Shown in pieces: positions 1 through 13,615 of a stretch of 64,000 nt of DNA (within the stretch, counting starts at the first letter, position 1; each line of letters opens with the position of its first letter). A program made the position numbers and the translations under genes. The notes under the pieces were generated by a model that saw nothing but the letters and a program-made list of their open reading frames with translations, searched no databases and was not told the DNA's origin. The stretch comes from Vermamoeba vermiformis (Eukaryota). The stretch lies in contig JBEWZL010000064.1 of the NCBI GenBank assembly GCA_045837725.1, forward strand, positions 1 to 64,000. Direction: 5' to 3'.

Positions 1-1380
1 CGCTGTCCCAGGCTCGTTCTCTAAAGTCCCATTGCACCACCAAGTCGGCACTGCTTACAATGAGTGCTTTGCTGGCAACGCCTGAAATTAGTGCTTGGGT
101 ATGTTGGCAAAATGTCTGGACAAGAAATTAGTTTATAACTATGTTGGTTATTAGATATTTTTAAACTATACGGCCTCGTAAATTTCGAGTTACTCTTGCT
201 TTGGAGAGAATAAAAAATCTCTCTACTTTTTTCCAGTAATTTTTTGAAGACGAGAAATTACTTGATTAGCGCTAATACTTACATTGGTATGTATAACGTG
301 TTTTCGCATAACTCGGAGATCAATCGTTCCGACTACGGGGAGTGCGCCAGTTGAAACATATCCAATAGTATTATCATCGATCAAGTCATATTTGTTGATA
401 GGCAGCGCATATTGTGTTTGCTGACCGCTTCTCGGATCTAACACGTAAAATTGACCGTCTTTCGCGAACAACAACGTTCGATGTTTTTCGTGGTACTTTT
501 TTTCACATAAACTGAAGGGAAATAATGCTTTGATATCAAACTTCAGTGACTGTGTTGCGGTCTCTACATCCCAAATGAAATCATCTAACGATCAAAAATA
601 TTAATTTTTGTTTGAGAAAATTGAAATTTCCTTTTATGACAGCGATAATAGAATTATTGTAATAATAATAAGACGAATTGTAATTTTGACTTACTGAAGA
701 ATATCTTGTTCGATTCAAATCCAATGCCGTTGTAGAGTACATTCGGAGCTTCTTGTCGTACAACTTGCCTGTCTGCCTTTTGAATGAAAATTGACGTATG
801 ATTAAAATAGACAACTGTAGGGACAATATCGGGTTGTGAATCCAAGAACAAATAATCGCAGCGCAAGCCAGGTAGTTCGACGTGCGGCATTGTCACCGAT
901 TTTAAAGTGTTGCAATTGAACAAAATGTATTCATGATGAATAGTCCCATATTGATTAAATAGACCCCAATTTTCGTCGAAAAGGGGCATAGTTTGTTGAG
1001 GGAATGGCAGTCTCGCGCTGAGTCCTTTGATCCAATTATGACGCAGCCTGAAATTTAGTCAAAAATAAATATTATAATAAACAACAATAATATTCCTACT
1101 TGTTCTCTTTAATGGCAATTTCCGTCCATTTCGAATTGTTAGGCAGATTGAACCTGGATCTCGGGCACGTGATTAACAACGAATGCCTCCAGAAAGTTTC
1201 TGCATTAGTTTTGATCAGTTGGTTGACACTCTTGCACGTGAGAGTTAGTGCCATCACTGTAGTGAGTGTCAAATGCTTGGAAATGACGTGAATGATGTCG
1301 ATCGGCAGATCGGACAACGGAAAACTCGATGATGCGGTTTCTAATTGTTGCAGTTGTTCATTTGATCCTCTTTTTAGGCC
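1..1380 (-). CDS. F-box protein with probable C-terminal beta-propeller-like region (multi-exon, runs off left edge; start uncertain)
   Basis: ORF 1096..1317 has F-box motif LSDLPIDIIHVISKHL...LTLTCKSVNQLI...FWR; downstream ORFs 654..989 and 223..474 are beta-strand-rich; GT-AG introns near 1048-1099 and 630-693; region 1-117 reads ...SSADLVVQWDF. Confidence 0.7.
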
Positions 1381-1541
1381 TAAATTAAATCGTCAACGAT
1401 GACAAAGAGCAACATCCGACAAAGTGGAAAGTTTGTGATGACGCGGGCGTGTCAAAAACATCGATATTTTTTCCCGTGTCAAATTTAAATAAAATTAAAT
1501 GAACACTTAAAATTAATTCTGATTTTTTGCAATTTTCGGCA

Positions 1542-3271
1542 TCAGAAGCGTATCAGCAAATTTTCAGTGAACGTACTGTGGAATCGATTTGTGGCCTCAC
1601 AGCGATGCTGCATCGTCACGTAGAAGGAAAAAGCAGCGTTTTCATCGAGTTTCAAATATTTTAAACGTCGTTTCAATAATAGCAAGTTGTTTTGTTTCCA
1701 GTCATCTTCACTGTGCCATTGCCCAAATTGATTCAACCAGTCTGCAGCAAAAATAAATGTTAATACAGCAAGTAGGATTTTCCATTTAATTGCAATTACT
1801 ATTTCGCGATGTTTTCCAGGCCATAATAAATTCAATTGGATACACGCCATTTTCGCATCTGAAACAAAAATTCACAATCAGTGCGATTTTTAAATTTTAG
1901 TTAAATAGTTCTTACCGCTCAAATACTCGCGGACATGATTTGAGTTCATCGATGATGTGCAATTTCTTCGATTTGGCAGCGTGATAAACAAAATCGAACC
2001 CTCCTTCCGGTTGCACTTTAAAAAGAGTCAAGTTACATTACCTATCCGGTGAAATTTCGTTAAATACTTACGTCTGTCTTGATGCGATTGAGGTAAAAGC
2101 GTTCGATAAATACTCGATCCAGATCTAAGCCAAATTTTGTAAATTTCTTCGACTGAATACTCAATTGGAATGCTTGTCGTAGACAGGAACTGTATCAAGC
2201 TTGCTCGTTGCTTTGACGTTATCTTTTTGCATTCGACAACTGCTTTGTAATAGCCTTTTATAGAAAAAAGTTAAATTTTACGATACAAAAAAACTTTTTA
2301 AATGTAAAAATTATTTTCATTTGTATCTTACCTGTACGAACGGGTCTTAATCTTACAAATACGGTGAATGCAAATGGATATTTTGCGCACTGTGCGAGTG
2401 TAATTATTCCGTCGGTGATCAAACTTGAAAAAGGCTTAAAATCAGCCAACCACTTCGGATTGAAATAAAATTTTCGCCACCTATTATAAGCTAAATATAA
2501 ATTAATTAATAGCTATAAAGATACCTTAGATAATATTAAGTGTCTTACCAATGTACTGCGGCCAGATGTTTTTGAACTTTTTATCCGAATGCAAATACGC
2601 ATCTAAGCCCTTGAGTTCCAATATGCATAATATACGCGCCTTTTCGTATTCTTTTTCCCTTAATAACTTAATAAAAAATTGGGTTAATGGGGAATATTTG
2701 GAAAGTTGGTTGCGAAGTTACGGCCGAAAAGTCTTCTATTCCTTTTAAAATACTTGGAAATTCTTACCTTAACAACAAAGTCGAAGTATTTTACTGTATA
2801 ACAGCCTTTAGTCTGTGTTGATGGCCAGTCAAGTGACACCAACCGATTTAGCTGATCTAATTTTGTAAATTTTTCGAGTAGCCTTTTATCTTCGGCGTCA
2901 GCATCGCCTTGATAAATAAATAATAATTAAGATTATTACAATTTTTTTTGAATATAATTAAAAGATATCTGTTGGATATCGCGTTGTTAATTATTTACCT
3001 TTCCCCGATAATACATCGATCTGCTTCCTTATATATTTTTGTACATAGCTTTACGAAATTAATTTTAAAATATTTAAGCCAAGAGATTCGGATTTGACTC
3101 ACGCTTTATCTAGCTCGGGTATAGCATTATAATTGACGTATTTCTTCATATTTTATTGTAGTGTATTGTATTCATGCCATATTTGATAAAAATAGTCGCA
3201 TGGAGCTTTCCAACTTTTTTCGTGTCCCCTCCGTTAGCTGAATTATTTTGTTCCCAAAAACAACAGCACAT
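1542..3271 (-). CDS. Hypothetical multi-exon protein, no family recognised
   Basis: Series of minus-strand donor sites (cttac/ctcac on + at ~1911, 2087, 2326, 2544, 2763, 3098) separating short open segments incl. ORFs 2258..2449 and 1542..1850. Confidence 0.4.
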
Positions 3272-3451
3272 GAGACTAGTTACGTCATATTTACCAAGCT
3301 TGATATCAACACGTCGCTATAATGGGTAACACGGCGAACAAGTACGTACTGAATTTTTTTAGAGCCAATCCAGCTCGGATCTAATTTTTGCTTATAAAAC
3401 AAAGCAAGCCGAAAAATTTAATGATTAATTGTTATTATTTTTGTATAGAGT

Positions 3452-4258
3452 AATGGCAATATTGCCTGGTCCACTATCATATCACAAACAAGAAGATAGC
3501 AGATTTACTTACTTGCCCGAAGATATGATGATAGCTTTAGTGGAGTTTTTAGAACTCAAAGATTTTATTTCCTTAATTACGACGTGCAAATACTATAACT
3601 ACGAATTAATTGGTCAAGTAAGTCAGATGTCCTCGATCGATGATTTTCTATTTAAATCAATTAACTAATTTGATGCTTTCAGAGCAACATATTATGGGCT
3701 CATATTTGTCGTAGTCTTGGCAACATTAATTTCATTATTCGATCGATTCAATTTGGTAGACGGTGGAAAATCAACGCTGGTCAAACTGTAGATCTCAACA
3801 AAACCATTGATTTGACTGATAGAAATGTAGTAGCAGCGTTCAATTTCCGAGAAATAGTCGAGGAATATTATTTGCGAATACTTCACAAGGCTAGCTTGAG
3901 AAACGAAATGGAACATTACTTGACGAGACAATTGCGGTTCCATTATTATTTAATTACCGTAGAAGTAGAGCAATATAGTAGTGCTAAATTAAGGCAATAT
4001 TGGACTAGGGACCTGTCGAACTACAAAAAATTTCGTCAAGATTACTTTTTTGTTGTGGATTTGGATGTGGATCCTTCAGCGGTCGATAAATTAGCGGACG
4101 ATGGATTGCCATATACCAAAGGAGGGCGTATTGTTGCTTACAAGAAGTCTAAACGCGATCCAGGCCAGCGCAGACTTGACACAAATACATCCAGAGCAGA
4201 AATGGAACGGCGGTTTGTGGAGAAGATGCGAGAGCTTAAAAACCTTGAAAAACAATAA
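3452..4258 (+). CDS. F-box protein (2 exons, intron ~3618-3682)
   Basis: FTYLPEDMMIALVEFLELKDFISLITTCKYY F-box motif; gtaagt...ttcag intron joins to SNILWAHIC and ORF 3812..4258. Confidence 0.8.
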
Positions 4259-4456
4259 TACTAGTGTACGTGAACAATGTAAACCTATTACATAATAATT
4301 ATTAGTAACCTTTCAAATAAAGCTCCCATGAGTCACTTACTGAACACATTTCCTTTTTTAGATCTCGCTTATCTAGTTTGGGGTTGATCGTATCATGAAT
4401 TTTGGCACTTTTGACACTGAGAGCGATAAATGCACCACAACAGCGACTAATTTATT

Positions 4457-6277
4457 ATGGAAAATTTCATCTCGAAAGAGTTCTATCGAGTGCATCTGGT
4501 CGTCTTCGGATTGACTTTGTGCTTCTCAACGACGGCACTCGCAGCAACAGATACGACTATTAGAAACTCTAATGGCACAACTATAAATATGGAATGCGTT
4601 GAAATTATTTACCAAGGTAAGACTGATGTCAATTTTTCGGCAGATCCGGCTAAGCCAAATTTTAGGCAGCTTGCAAGAGCCCTTCGACTTTCCTATCAGC
4701 GGTGAAGTAACTATGGATATTGAGAATACATATAATAGAATTTTTATGCTTCGACGACACGGCGCAGTGGATGATTTCGTTTTGGATGCACAAAACGCCG
4801 GTGCCCTTGCAGTATTTATAATTTCTCCTACCTTCTGTAAGTAGCCATATATATATAGCAATACTACTTTACAAACAATTCCCGTTGATGACTTTTTGAC
4901 GAATATAATTTCGCAGATGTCGGCGGCTACATGAAATACCGATTTGTAGATAAGGCAAATATAGCCAATATTAGCATTCCTTTCTTCGAATTCGGTCTAA
5001 AGGACGGCGAAATACTGCGAGACATGTACGAGCACAACGAGATCCAAAACATTACGTTTATTCCGAAAGGTACGAATTTCTTATCGACAAACTCGATATA
5101 ATTTAATAATATGATATTTAGATACCATCAATCCATGGGATTCATCGTTCAATAACGCCGGCTATTTTCTTTGGACAGGTACACATGTTGCTCCGCGTGT
5201 CACATTTTGACACTCCGGATCTAGAGCCGAAAAATCGGAGTACTAACTGAAATTAATACTTAGCACTATTGGGTGTTTATTCTCTTGTAAATATCTCGCT
5301 GATAATTTGGAAGATGAAATTGTTTATCGGATTCTACCAAGGATTCAGGATGTCGATGCCACTATTTATCTTAATGATCGAGCTAGTATCTAATACACGT
5401 ACGTAATATTATTATATGAATACAGTACTGATTTTTGACCAGTTCGTATCGCCTCAACTGTGGATATTGTGTGCGGGAACTGGATTTACCCTGAACTCGT
5501 TTGCGTTGCCCTCAGTGAAATATCAGTGCCGTTTGGAATATCATCGTTCATGTTAATATCACTATTTTGGCACGAGATGATGACTTCAGCGACCGTTGTC
5601 GTGCATCCGTTCATTGTAAAAATGCGGATTCCATTTTTCGTCGGCGCAGGCGTGTTGTTGGGACTACAACTCTTAAGAATTTTCTTAAAGTCATTTACTA
5701 ACCTCGATGGATTGGGTGCTATCGCTGGTAAGTCCTCGTATAACGGATCTAATTGGAGCTAATTCGAACAATTGCAGCTGTAATGTATCTCGTGTTTAGT
5801 ATTGGCTTGATCACGCTATATTTGGTCACTGGAATTAAATTGCTGCTCCGATTAAAGAAGAGCAAGCACTTAGGACGCGCAGTCAAGCTACGAAAGGTAA
5901 GGTATTATTTTTAGATCTGTCCTCTTTCATTGCTAACACTACTTCAGACAACAATTAAGATCTTAGTTAGCGCAGGATTTTTGTTCTTGTTCTTTTTAAT
6001 AGCAGCATTTTGGACCTCAGGCTTGGCATACTATCCGATCCGTAAGATCTCTTTGTTGTTTTTTTTGTTGAAATTAACTCCTTGCTTAGGTTATATGGTT
6101 GTTTGGTATGCTACGTTTACGTTCTTAAATTCGACGTCGTTAATGAATATTTTGGCGTTTGAATTGCCTGCTGGTGCGTCAACAACGAGTACTGGAACTT
6201 CGGGCAATTCGGGATCCGTTCAAACTCCAAGATCCTCTTCTACCGCAATCCTAACTACAAATCCAGTAGCTTTATAA
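4457..6277 (+). CDS. Signal peptide + PA (protease-associated)-like domain + seven-TM membrane protein
   Basis: Hydrophobic N-terminus; IFMLRRHG...VLDAQNAGALAVFII and ISIPFFEFGLKDGEIL match the PA-domain pattern; seven hydrophobic segments in spliced exons 5150-6170; Ser/Thr-rich tail. Confidence 0.7.
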
Positions 6278-6382
6278 TTGTAACAATAGTAAAAATTGGC
6301 CAGAAATATGTGCAGTTGTCAAAATACTTTTTTACTTCGAATTTAAAGTTCTGACCAAAGACCACGATTGTAAATCAAAACT

Positions 6383-9300
6383 ATGCCGCCAAAAAGAAAA
6401 AGGGTCGCTAATGCTACTGAAGAAGATGAAGGCCCAACGAAAAAGCAAAAGTTGATTTCCACGAAATCGAAGTCAAATTTGAATCAAGCCCAGATAATTC
6501 CAAAAAATACCACAACTGCTGGTAAATCAATAGGAATATCCTGGTCATCAGATTTGCCTCCAGAAATATTATTCAGAATTTTTACGGTTGGAAAATTTAA
6601 ACCAAAAGATCTTCGAAAGGCCAGTCAAGTTTGCTGGTCATGGAACAGTTGTCTGAAAGATGAATCATTCGGATGGGCTCCTTTTATAACAATCACTATG
6701 GCTATAATATGGGACGGTAAGATCTTGGCCTCGATCTTAGTCTTTTTTTTCTCAAGCTGATATTTTATTCAGATCATCGAAAGACTGATCAAACTCCACC
6801 CCAAAACCTCTACTTTGGGTATGCCACGCCCCAACCCTATAATGGTCCCAAACCAACTGAACTTAAAGTCATCAACACCCCGCACTACCTCTCTCAAAAC
6901 GGTTACAGCAACTACGGTACCGAAGTGATTCAAGTATGAAATTAACTTAATTGAAGATGTATGTTATTAATATGCTACAGTTGCTTAAAAACGGCAAACA
7001 ATGCGCGCTGGGCTACATAACTTCCGGAGTTTTGCCGCGACATCTCCGAGATCTCGAGAGCAATATTTACGAGTACCGTTTGAAACAAAATATTCAGCCA
7101 GTGAATATGGGGTACTATAATTATGGGGCCACTAGCACTAGTACCCAGTATGATATCAAGATTGAAATTAACTACTCTCGGTAAGGACCTTAAGATACAC
7201 ACTTGAACGACCGTTCAATAATAGTCACTATTTTTGCAGCCTCGAAAACAAGATTCGCAAGAAAGAAAAGATTCCGCTTGACTTGCTCTCGGCGACTATT
7301 CTTCGTACCGCGAAAGTGTTGCAAGACTGCCCAGCCTTCGAACACCATGCGTACCTCCCAAAGCTCTTCAATCCCGACGACACTTTCACGCCCACTGTAA
7401 GTCTTTTGAATCTTTGAAATTCCGTGGTTTGACCGACCAATCAAATTTTGCAGGTACTTCCGGTCATCACTGAGCAACCGAAAGAAATTGTCAATGTAAC
7501 ATTGCACCAGTATCAGATTGAAGCGATCAACTGGATGGTCAACATCGAGAAAGAGTGTCACAAAGGCTTTTCAGTCTCGCCGCTGATCCCATCTAAGTCC
7601 GGAAGCATCTTCCTCAATTGTACTCCTACTGGACGCGAGCTCGTGTTGTTGGAAGACACACCGAAGCACAATCTGACTTACAAGCCAAAAGGAGGAGTGA
7701 TCGCTGATGAGATGGGCCTTGGAAAGACTGTTGAAGGTAACACCTGACTGTCATTTAATCTCATAGTCTACGTACTCATTCATTATTGATAGTTATTGGT
7801 CTGATTCTGTCCAATCCCAAGCCTGACAGTCTGAACGAGCGTGACACGTCGCCGTACTTCGCAAGCAAAGCGACACTTGTGTTGTGTCCGAATCAGTTGG
7901 TGCATCAGTGGAACGCAGAGATTGAGAAGTACTCTGAGCAGAAACTGACCGTGATTCAACTCACGACCATCGTGCAAGTCAAGAAGCACACTTATCAAGA
8001 GATAATGGATGCTGGTACGGCGCATCAATTAATCTGCTGAAATACTCCTTTAACTAACCTTGTCATTTTTAGACGTCATTATTGTCACGCATAACTTGCT
8101 GCGAAACAACAACTACTTGTCATTTGCGGACAACTGGGAGTCAAAACTTCAAGTAAGTCTTACACTTATTCCTTTTATAGTAATAATGATCTGGAAGCTA
8201 ACGACGTTTGCGCTTTTAGAAAGTGAAAGATAAAGACGCCAGTACCATTAGCGGAATTATTCTGAACCACTTCCATTGGTATCGTGTCATCATCGATGAA
8301 GGCCACGAAGTTATTGACGAACTGAAAATCAGAAGTAAGCATACATGGTGTCGTACTTATTACTAATGTTACCGTCCACAGCTGACCTGTGCTCGATGCA
8401 ACGAGATTTCAATTGGTACATGACTGGCACGCCTTTCCCTACGCTGTAAGTCGAATTCAAGTCGATATTTTTGCAGCCACTGATCATCTTCACAGGCAAT
8501 CTTTGGAACATGCTCGAGAGTTCCTTGGCATAATGTTGCCTAGAAATCCTTCCCACGAGCTGTTAACATTTGACGGTGGCAGGATGTATGACCACCTTTT
8601 CCAGCGCCCTACTACTGAAGTTTATGTCGAGTAAGTCTACACTTGAAGAGTCCAAAGTCCGTCTAATCGCTTTATAGGGCTGCTCTCGATGACATAATGA
8701 TCAACAACCTCGTGTGGAGAAACACAAAAGTACGTGAATGTCAATTTTATTTAGGAGGTCCGGTGCTAACATCTGAAAACAGAAAAGCGTCAAAAAAGAA
8801 TACGAAATGGTCAAGACCAAGCACAAACTGGTCTTGTTGTCGTTGTCGCCAACAGAACAAGCAGTGTACGACGACTTCACGGCTGAAAAGAACTATTACG
8901 CCATCAAATCTGATCCTCGTCGCTTGTTGTGCACCAAGCTCGACAGCGCATGGGGCGAGACATTGACTGAAGTCAGAGAATACTGGAAGGACGTGAAGAA
9001 GACTCGCATTGCTGAGAAGAAAGCGATTGTGAAGGAGCTCGAGAAAGGCTTCAACAACAAAGCCCTGGAAGAAATGCATCACAGCACTCGTCGTGCCATT
9101 AGCAACAGATTCGAACGAGAACGAGCCACCGTGCAAAGAATTATTGATAAGGACAAGGCATTGTTGAAGGTGTACGAGGCTATTGTAAGTGTCACAAACA
9201 ATATATGATGTTTGACAGGTGTCTCACATGTGCGAGCAGGACCCACCAAAGAAGCTGCAAAAAGACTCGTTTGAATGGCTGCTCGAACAGTACGGCACAA

Positions 9301-10094
9301 AGACAGCTAACTTGATTCAGTTCTTGCGCAAGCTATTTGAGAAAGACGAAACAGCACGTGCCATTGTGTTCTCTCAGGTACGCTCTGAATAACAACTGTT
9401 TTTTGAGTCTGACTCTGTTTATTCATTTAGTTCCCTGACTACTTGAAAACACTGCAACGCGTGTTAGAGGACCATGACATTCCCACGAGCAGTGTCAAAG
9501 GGTACGTGCCAACCAATCAATACACCTCCTTTAAACAGTTGTTAATCACACTGTGTTCGTAGCAATGTGCACAAGAAGTCGAAAGAGCTCGGCAAGTTCA
9601 AAGCAGAAGAGTCCGATGTGAAAGTGGTGCTTTTGAGCTTGACCAAAGTGGCATCAGGAATGAACTTGATCGAAGCCAGTCACGTCATATTGATGGGTAC
9701 GTTATAATTAATAGTCAATAGGGCATTATTGATCAAGCACTCACTGATTGGTTATTTTTCAGATCCACATCCAGGCACACGCGAAGAAGCAGAAGCGTAC
9801 GAGACACAAGCAGTTGGTCGTGCCTATCGTCAAGGACAAACCAAAGATGTGACAGTGATCAGATTCATCATCAAAGACAGTGTCGAACACACTCTTTATG
9901 TTCGCAACTGTGCCAACGAGAAAGGTAACAATCCACCAAAGCATTATGTTTGGCTTCCTTTTCTAACAGCTCTATTATTATTTGTAGAGGAAAAAGTGAC
10001 ATTGACGAACACTCCTTCAAAAATGCTTGTTCGAAGCAACAGTTTCAGCGTACTGCTTGCTAACAGCCAAGAGTTGTGTCGTAGTCAAGAATAA
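6383..10094 (+). CDS. F-box + SNF2-family (Rad5/Rad16-like) ATPase/helicase, copy A
   Basis: NLS MPPKRKR; F-box DLPPEILFRIF...ASQVCWSWN; LHQYQIEAINWM, GGVIADEMGLGKT (motif I), TLVLCP, WYRVIIDEGHE (II), WYMTGTP (III), AIVFSQ (IV), ASGMNLIEASHV (V), QAVGRAYRQGQ (VI). Confidence 0.9.
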
Positions 10095-10164
10095 CAGAAA
10101 ATCACATGGAATATAATTCAATCATAAAATTACAGCTTTATTTTTTGATTTTGTTCCGACACGA

Positions 10165-12949
10165 TTATTGTTCGGGGCTCGGTTTTTTTTGTTCGTACAT
10201 TTTCAACTTGCCCTTCAGCTCGAAGATTTCGTTCTTCAATATCATATTCTCGTGATAGAACTTCTCGTACATCGAGCGATAATCATCGGTTGTGGTCTCT
10301 TTGAGCTTTTTGTTCTCGCTCTTGAGTTCTTTGATCTGATCACTCATCGCTCTCACATTGCTCGCAAGATTGGCCATTTCATCTTCGAAGGACGAGCCTC
10401 CTGTTGACATTGGCACACTGCCACTCTTGCCTGCACTGCCACCGTTGTAGCTTCCCGTGGTCGTGCCTTTGTTGGTCGACTTCTTGCGATCACTCGACGA
10501 TGCAAACTTCTTGGTGTATGAGCGAATTACAGCTTGAAGTTGTGCTTCGTTCATTTGTCGGAGCTCTTCTTCAGAGTACGAGAACAACAGTTTGATCTTT
10601 GGAATGAACAACACACTGAGTGAGGTCATTGTCAAGAACAAGATGCAGCAGCACAGCAGTGCAAAGCGAACAATGACGTCTGTCACCAAGAAGATAACAG
10701 CGACGAAGATAACGATGAAACCAAAGTTGTACATCTGAATAGGTGCAACTGTTAATACTCTGAAGTACATGAGAGTCGTTCAAAGATGATACTTACAGCC
10801 CAACCAATGTATTTGGCTTCGTTGTAGAGTGTCAATCGAAGCTTGCTCACGAGTGCTGAGATGATGATGCCGAATATCATCACAATGCCGTTGAACACAA
10901 GCAGGGTGATGCCAGTGGGGAAGTGGAACAAACAGAACGAGAACTGTTGCTCACCTTCATTCTGGAACTCAAATGAAGCAGGTTGAAGTCCCATCATCAC
11001 AGCCAAGATGACACACTCACCCAACAAGATCACTCCAACACCAAAGCCAACATCGCGATCAGTGTACTTGACGAGTTGAAGTGACTTGTTTGAGAACAAC
11101 AAATAGATGCGTCCTGTCTTGGCGAACAATGATCTGAAGATAACGTTGGTCAGTAATGCTTTGACACGTGTCACAAATGTCAAGTGTCAAAGTGTCAAAC
11201 ACTCACCCAAACAACAATGCAAAACCAACAGGAAGCATCCAAATGAACAAGTTGCAGCCAATCATCGTGTTTGAGACGAATGCAATGACTGAGCCGAACA
11301 TCAACATGCCTCCAATGCACATTGAGATCAAGAACACACCGCTCGATGCGATGATCACCTTTGACTTGCGGCTAGATTTGATATTAGTCTCGACATTTCA
11401 AATAAGCAGTATTGAGTATAGTACGTACTACTTGAGAGTGACAATCAAATAGAAGAAGGTGCACATGACACAAAGTCCGCTCAACACCCACATGGCGATC
11501 TGAAGGTCAACTCCGACTTCTTTGTACGACGCTGATTGGATGAAGGATATTAGCATCAGTTATCTCTACAACACTATTAGTGCACTTACAAGGACGGATC
11601 CAGTTCTCCCAGATCTGTTCGTTCGCTTGGACCCACTGACAGGCAACGTCGAATACCGAAGTGTTGACATACAAGTTAGCCAAGAGTTCGGTCATCTGAT
11701 TGCCGTTCAATGAATACGACTGTGCTAAGAAAGCAGTTTCAGGACTGTACTCGGGCAGATTTGTCCACATCACTTTGCCGAGAATTTCAGGAGGATAGTA
11801 CACAGCTAATCAATGTTCGATGAGTATTATTATTATATGCCATCACTATATACTAGATGCACTTACTGTCGTTCGGCAATTGAATACGCATCAAGCTATA
11901 GACGCTGTCCAAAGTGTGGGGTCGCCAGAAATAAAACAACATGGGCTCTTTGCGGGCATAACGCTCCTTCAAGACATCAGCCATCTCGCCTTCACCACTC
12001 AAGAACTGGATGTTGAGGGAGTAATTTTGGTCCTTGATGATTCGTTCTTCGACCTCCATCCAGTTTCGATCACCAAGAATGAGCGTGTTGTTGAAGTAAC
12101 CAGCGACACGTGGATCCGAGAAGTCACCGAACAATGCCTCGGGGACGTCATCGAGGACATATCTAGGCACGTACCATCCTATCAATATGGATTTAGTCAA
12201 TAGGGTAAAGTAATAAACGGAGTTGATGAAATTGTTTTGTCTCGATCAGTTCTGCTCAAAGTAACCGTCAAAATATAGAGGTGATAAATCAAGATGAGGT
12301 AAGTTCAATACGTTATATGTGACACAAGGTTACGATAAATCGACCATGCAACAATTCACAAATAAAAACCGATCTGAGATCTAACTTACCGACTTGACCA
12401 ACCATGCCGAGAGGTCCCGCAGAAGTAATAGTCTTGTCTTGAATAATGTATTGTTGCTCTTGTTTTACTCGCGATGACGGCCTATCGGTAAATTGTTAGT
12501 GTGCTTTTTTTGGAGATCTAGAAGTTGGAGCACAACTAATAATTATCAATCTAGTTGATACTAAAGGTCGTCTTACCAGTATTCCAATATTATATGAACC
12601 TCTCCTGTCGACATTCTGTCCCATGCTTCACCGCTATCGTCGATCGCGACAATTTCATTCCGTACACCGATTGCTTCGTCCAATAAAATGCTGGCGATGT
12701 AAGCATTCAAGTACGAACTCGACCAAGGGTTTAATACAATTTTTACAGGGTTTCTGGCAGCATAGCCTAAAATTTTGTAAATTAACGAGATGCGTCACCT
12801 TTTAGCGGCTGGATCTACATACCTGCAGGGCGAGGTCTATTCAAGCAGGGTCCTCTTGCACTATACTGTGTAGTAGTATCTTGAGCAATGATGGTCGCGA
12901 ACAAAGCTACCAGCACAAGACCACCTAAGATGCGTAAAGTAGCGGACAT
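10165..12949 (-). CDS. Class C (glutamate/GABA-B-like) GPCR with OpuAC/PBP2 glycine-betaine-binding-like ectodomain, copy 1
   Basis: Signal peptide; ectodomain PWSSSYLNAYIASILLDEAIG...GEVHIILEYW...GPLGMVGQVGWYVPRYV, LFYFWRPH, ACQWVQANEQIWENWI; 7tm_3 motifs VIIASS, CNLFIWMLPVGFALLFGSLFAKTGRIY, YNEAKYIGWA-MYN, LFIPK; C-terminal coiled coil. Confidence 0.88.
11162..11205. repeat. Short intronic TGTCAAA/TTTGACA tandem repeats plus TGACACGTGTCA palindrome (same intron in GPCR copies 2 and 3: ~14601-14645, ~39922-39967)
   Basis: tgacacgtgtcacaaatgtcaagtgtcaaagtgtcaaacac read directly from the sequence. Confidence 0.75.
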
Positions 12950-13615
12950 CGTTCGCGGCACTGATCTGTGTACGAATTGTGGGCTTTACGTGGAAGTTAA
13001 AATGTTAAATTAAAATATTAACCAGAAAATCAGAAACATTGGGAACCTATCAATCAGTCATATCGTGTCGTTCGGCGGTATTTTTTTCCAAGTTAGGAAA
13101 TTTGTTGATCCATGCTTGTGAATTACATAATTTCAGCATCTCGTGTTAAGATTATAACAAGAACACATAAATAGTTTCGTTTAGTCTCTAAGGTATGAAA
13201 CAATCGCTGCACGAGTAACAAACGAAGATGAGACGTTGATCTTTTAGTATTCGAGAAGATAAAATACTAGAATGCTGAATATGTGTGTATCATACTTAAA
13301 ATAATCGATAGACTACCAACATACTTCGATATTAATATTACTAAATTCAAAAATAAAAATTGCAAATACCAAAACTTGCCAATACTTGAAATTCTAATAA
13401 TGTTCAAAACACGCGATGTTAGGGTAATTGTTGATATAATTTGCTATTTAAATTCGAACACATACCATCTGAGGACTTGCCCGTACCTGGTGGAAAATTT
13501 TGTGGTATAATGAATACAAGTCACTATTGTTCAACAACGCATACTTAATGCAGCTATGTTGCACTTGCGATAAATAAAATTACAAATTTATTTTCTTTTA
13601 AAAATTCGCGTCATG

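Noticed and set aside
8329-9300. Antisense ORFs overlapping SNF2 (and similar ones over GPCR, RTK and CLU genes)
   Set aside because: Shadow ORFs of codon-biased coding sequence; no independent motifs.
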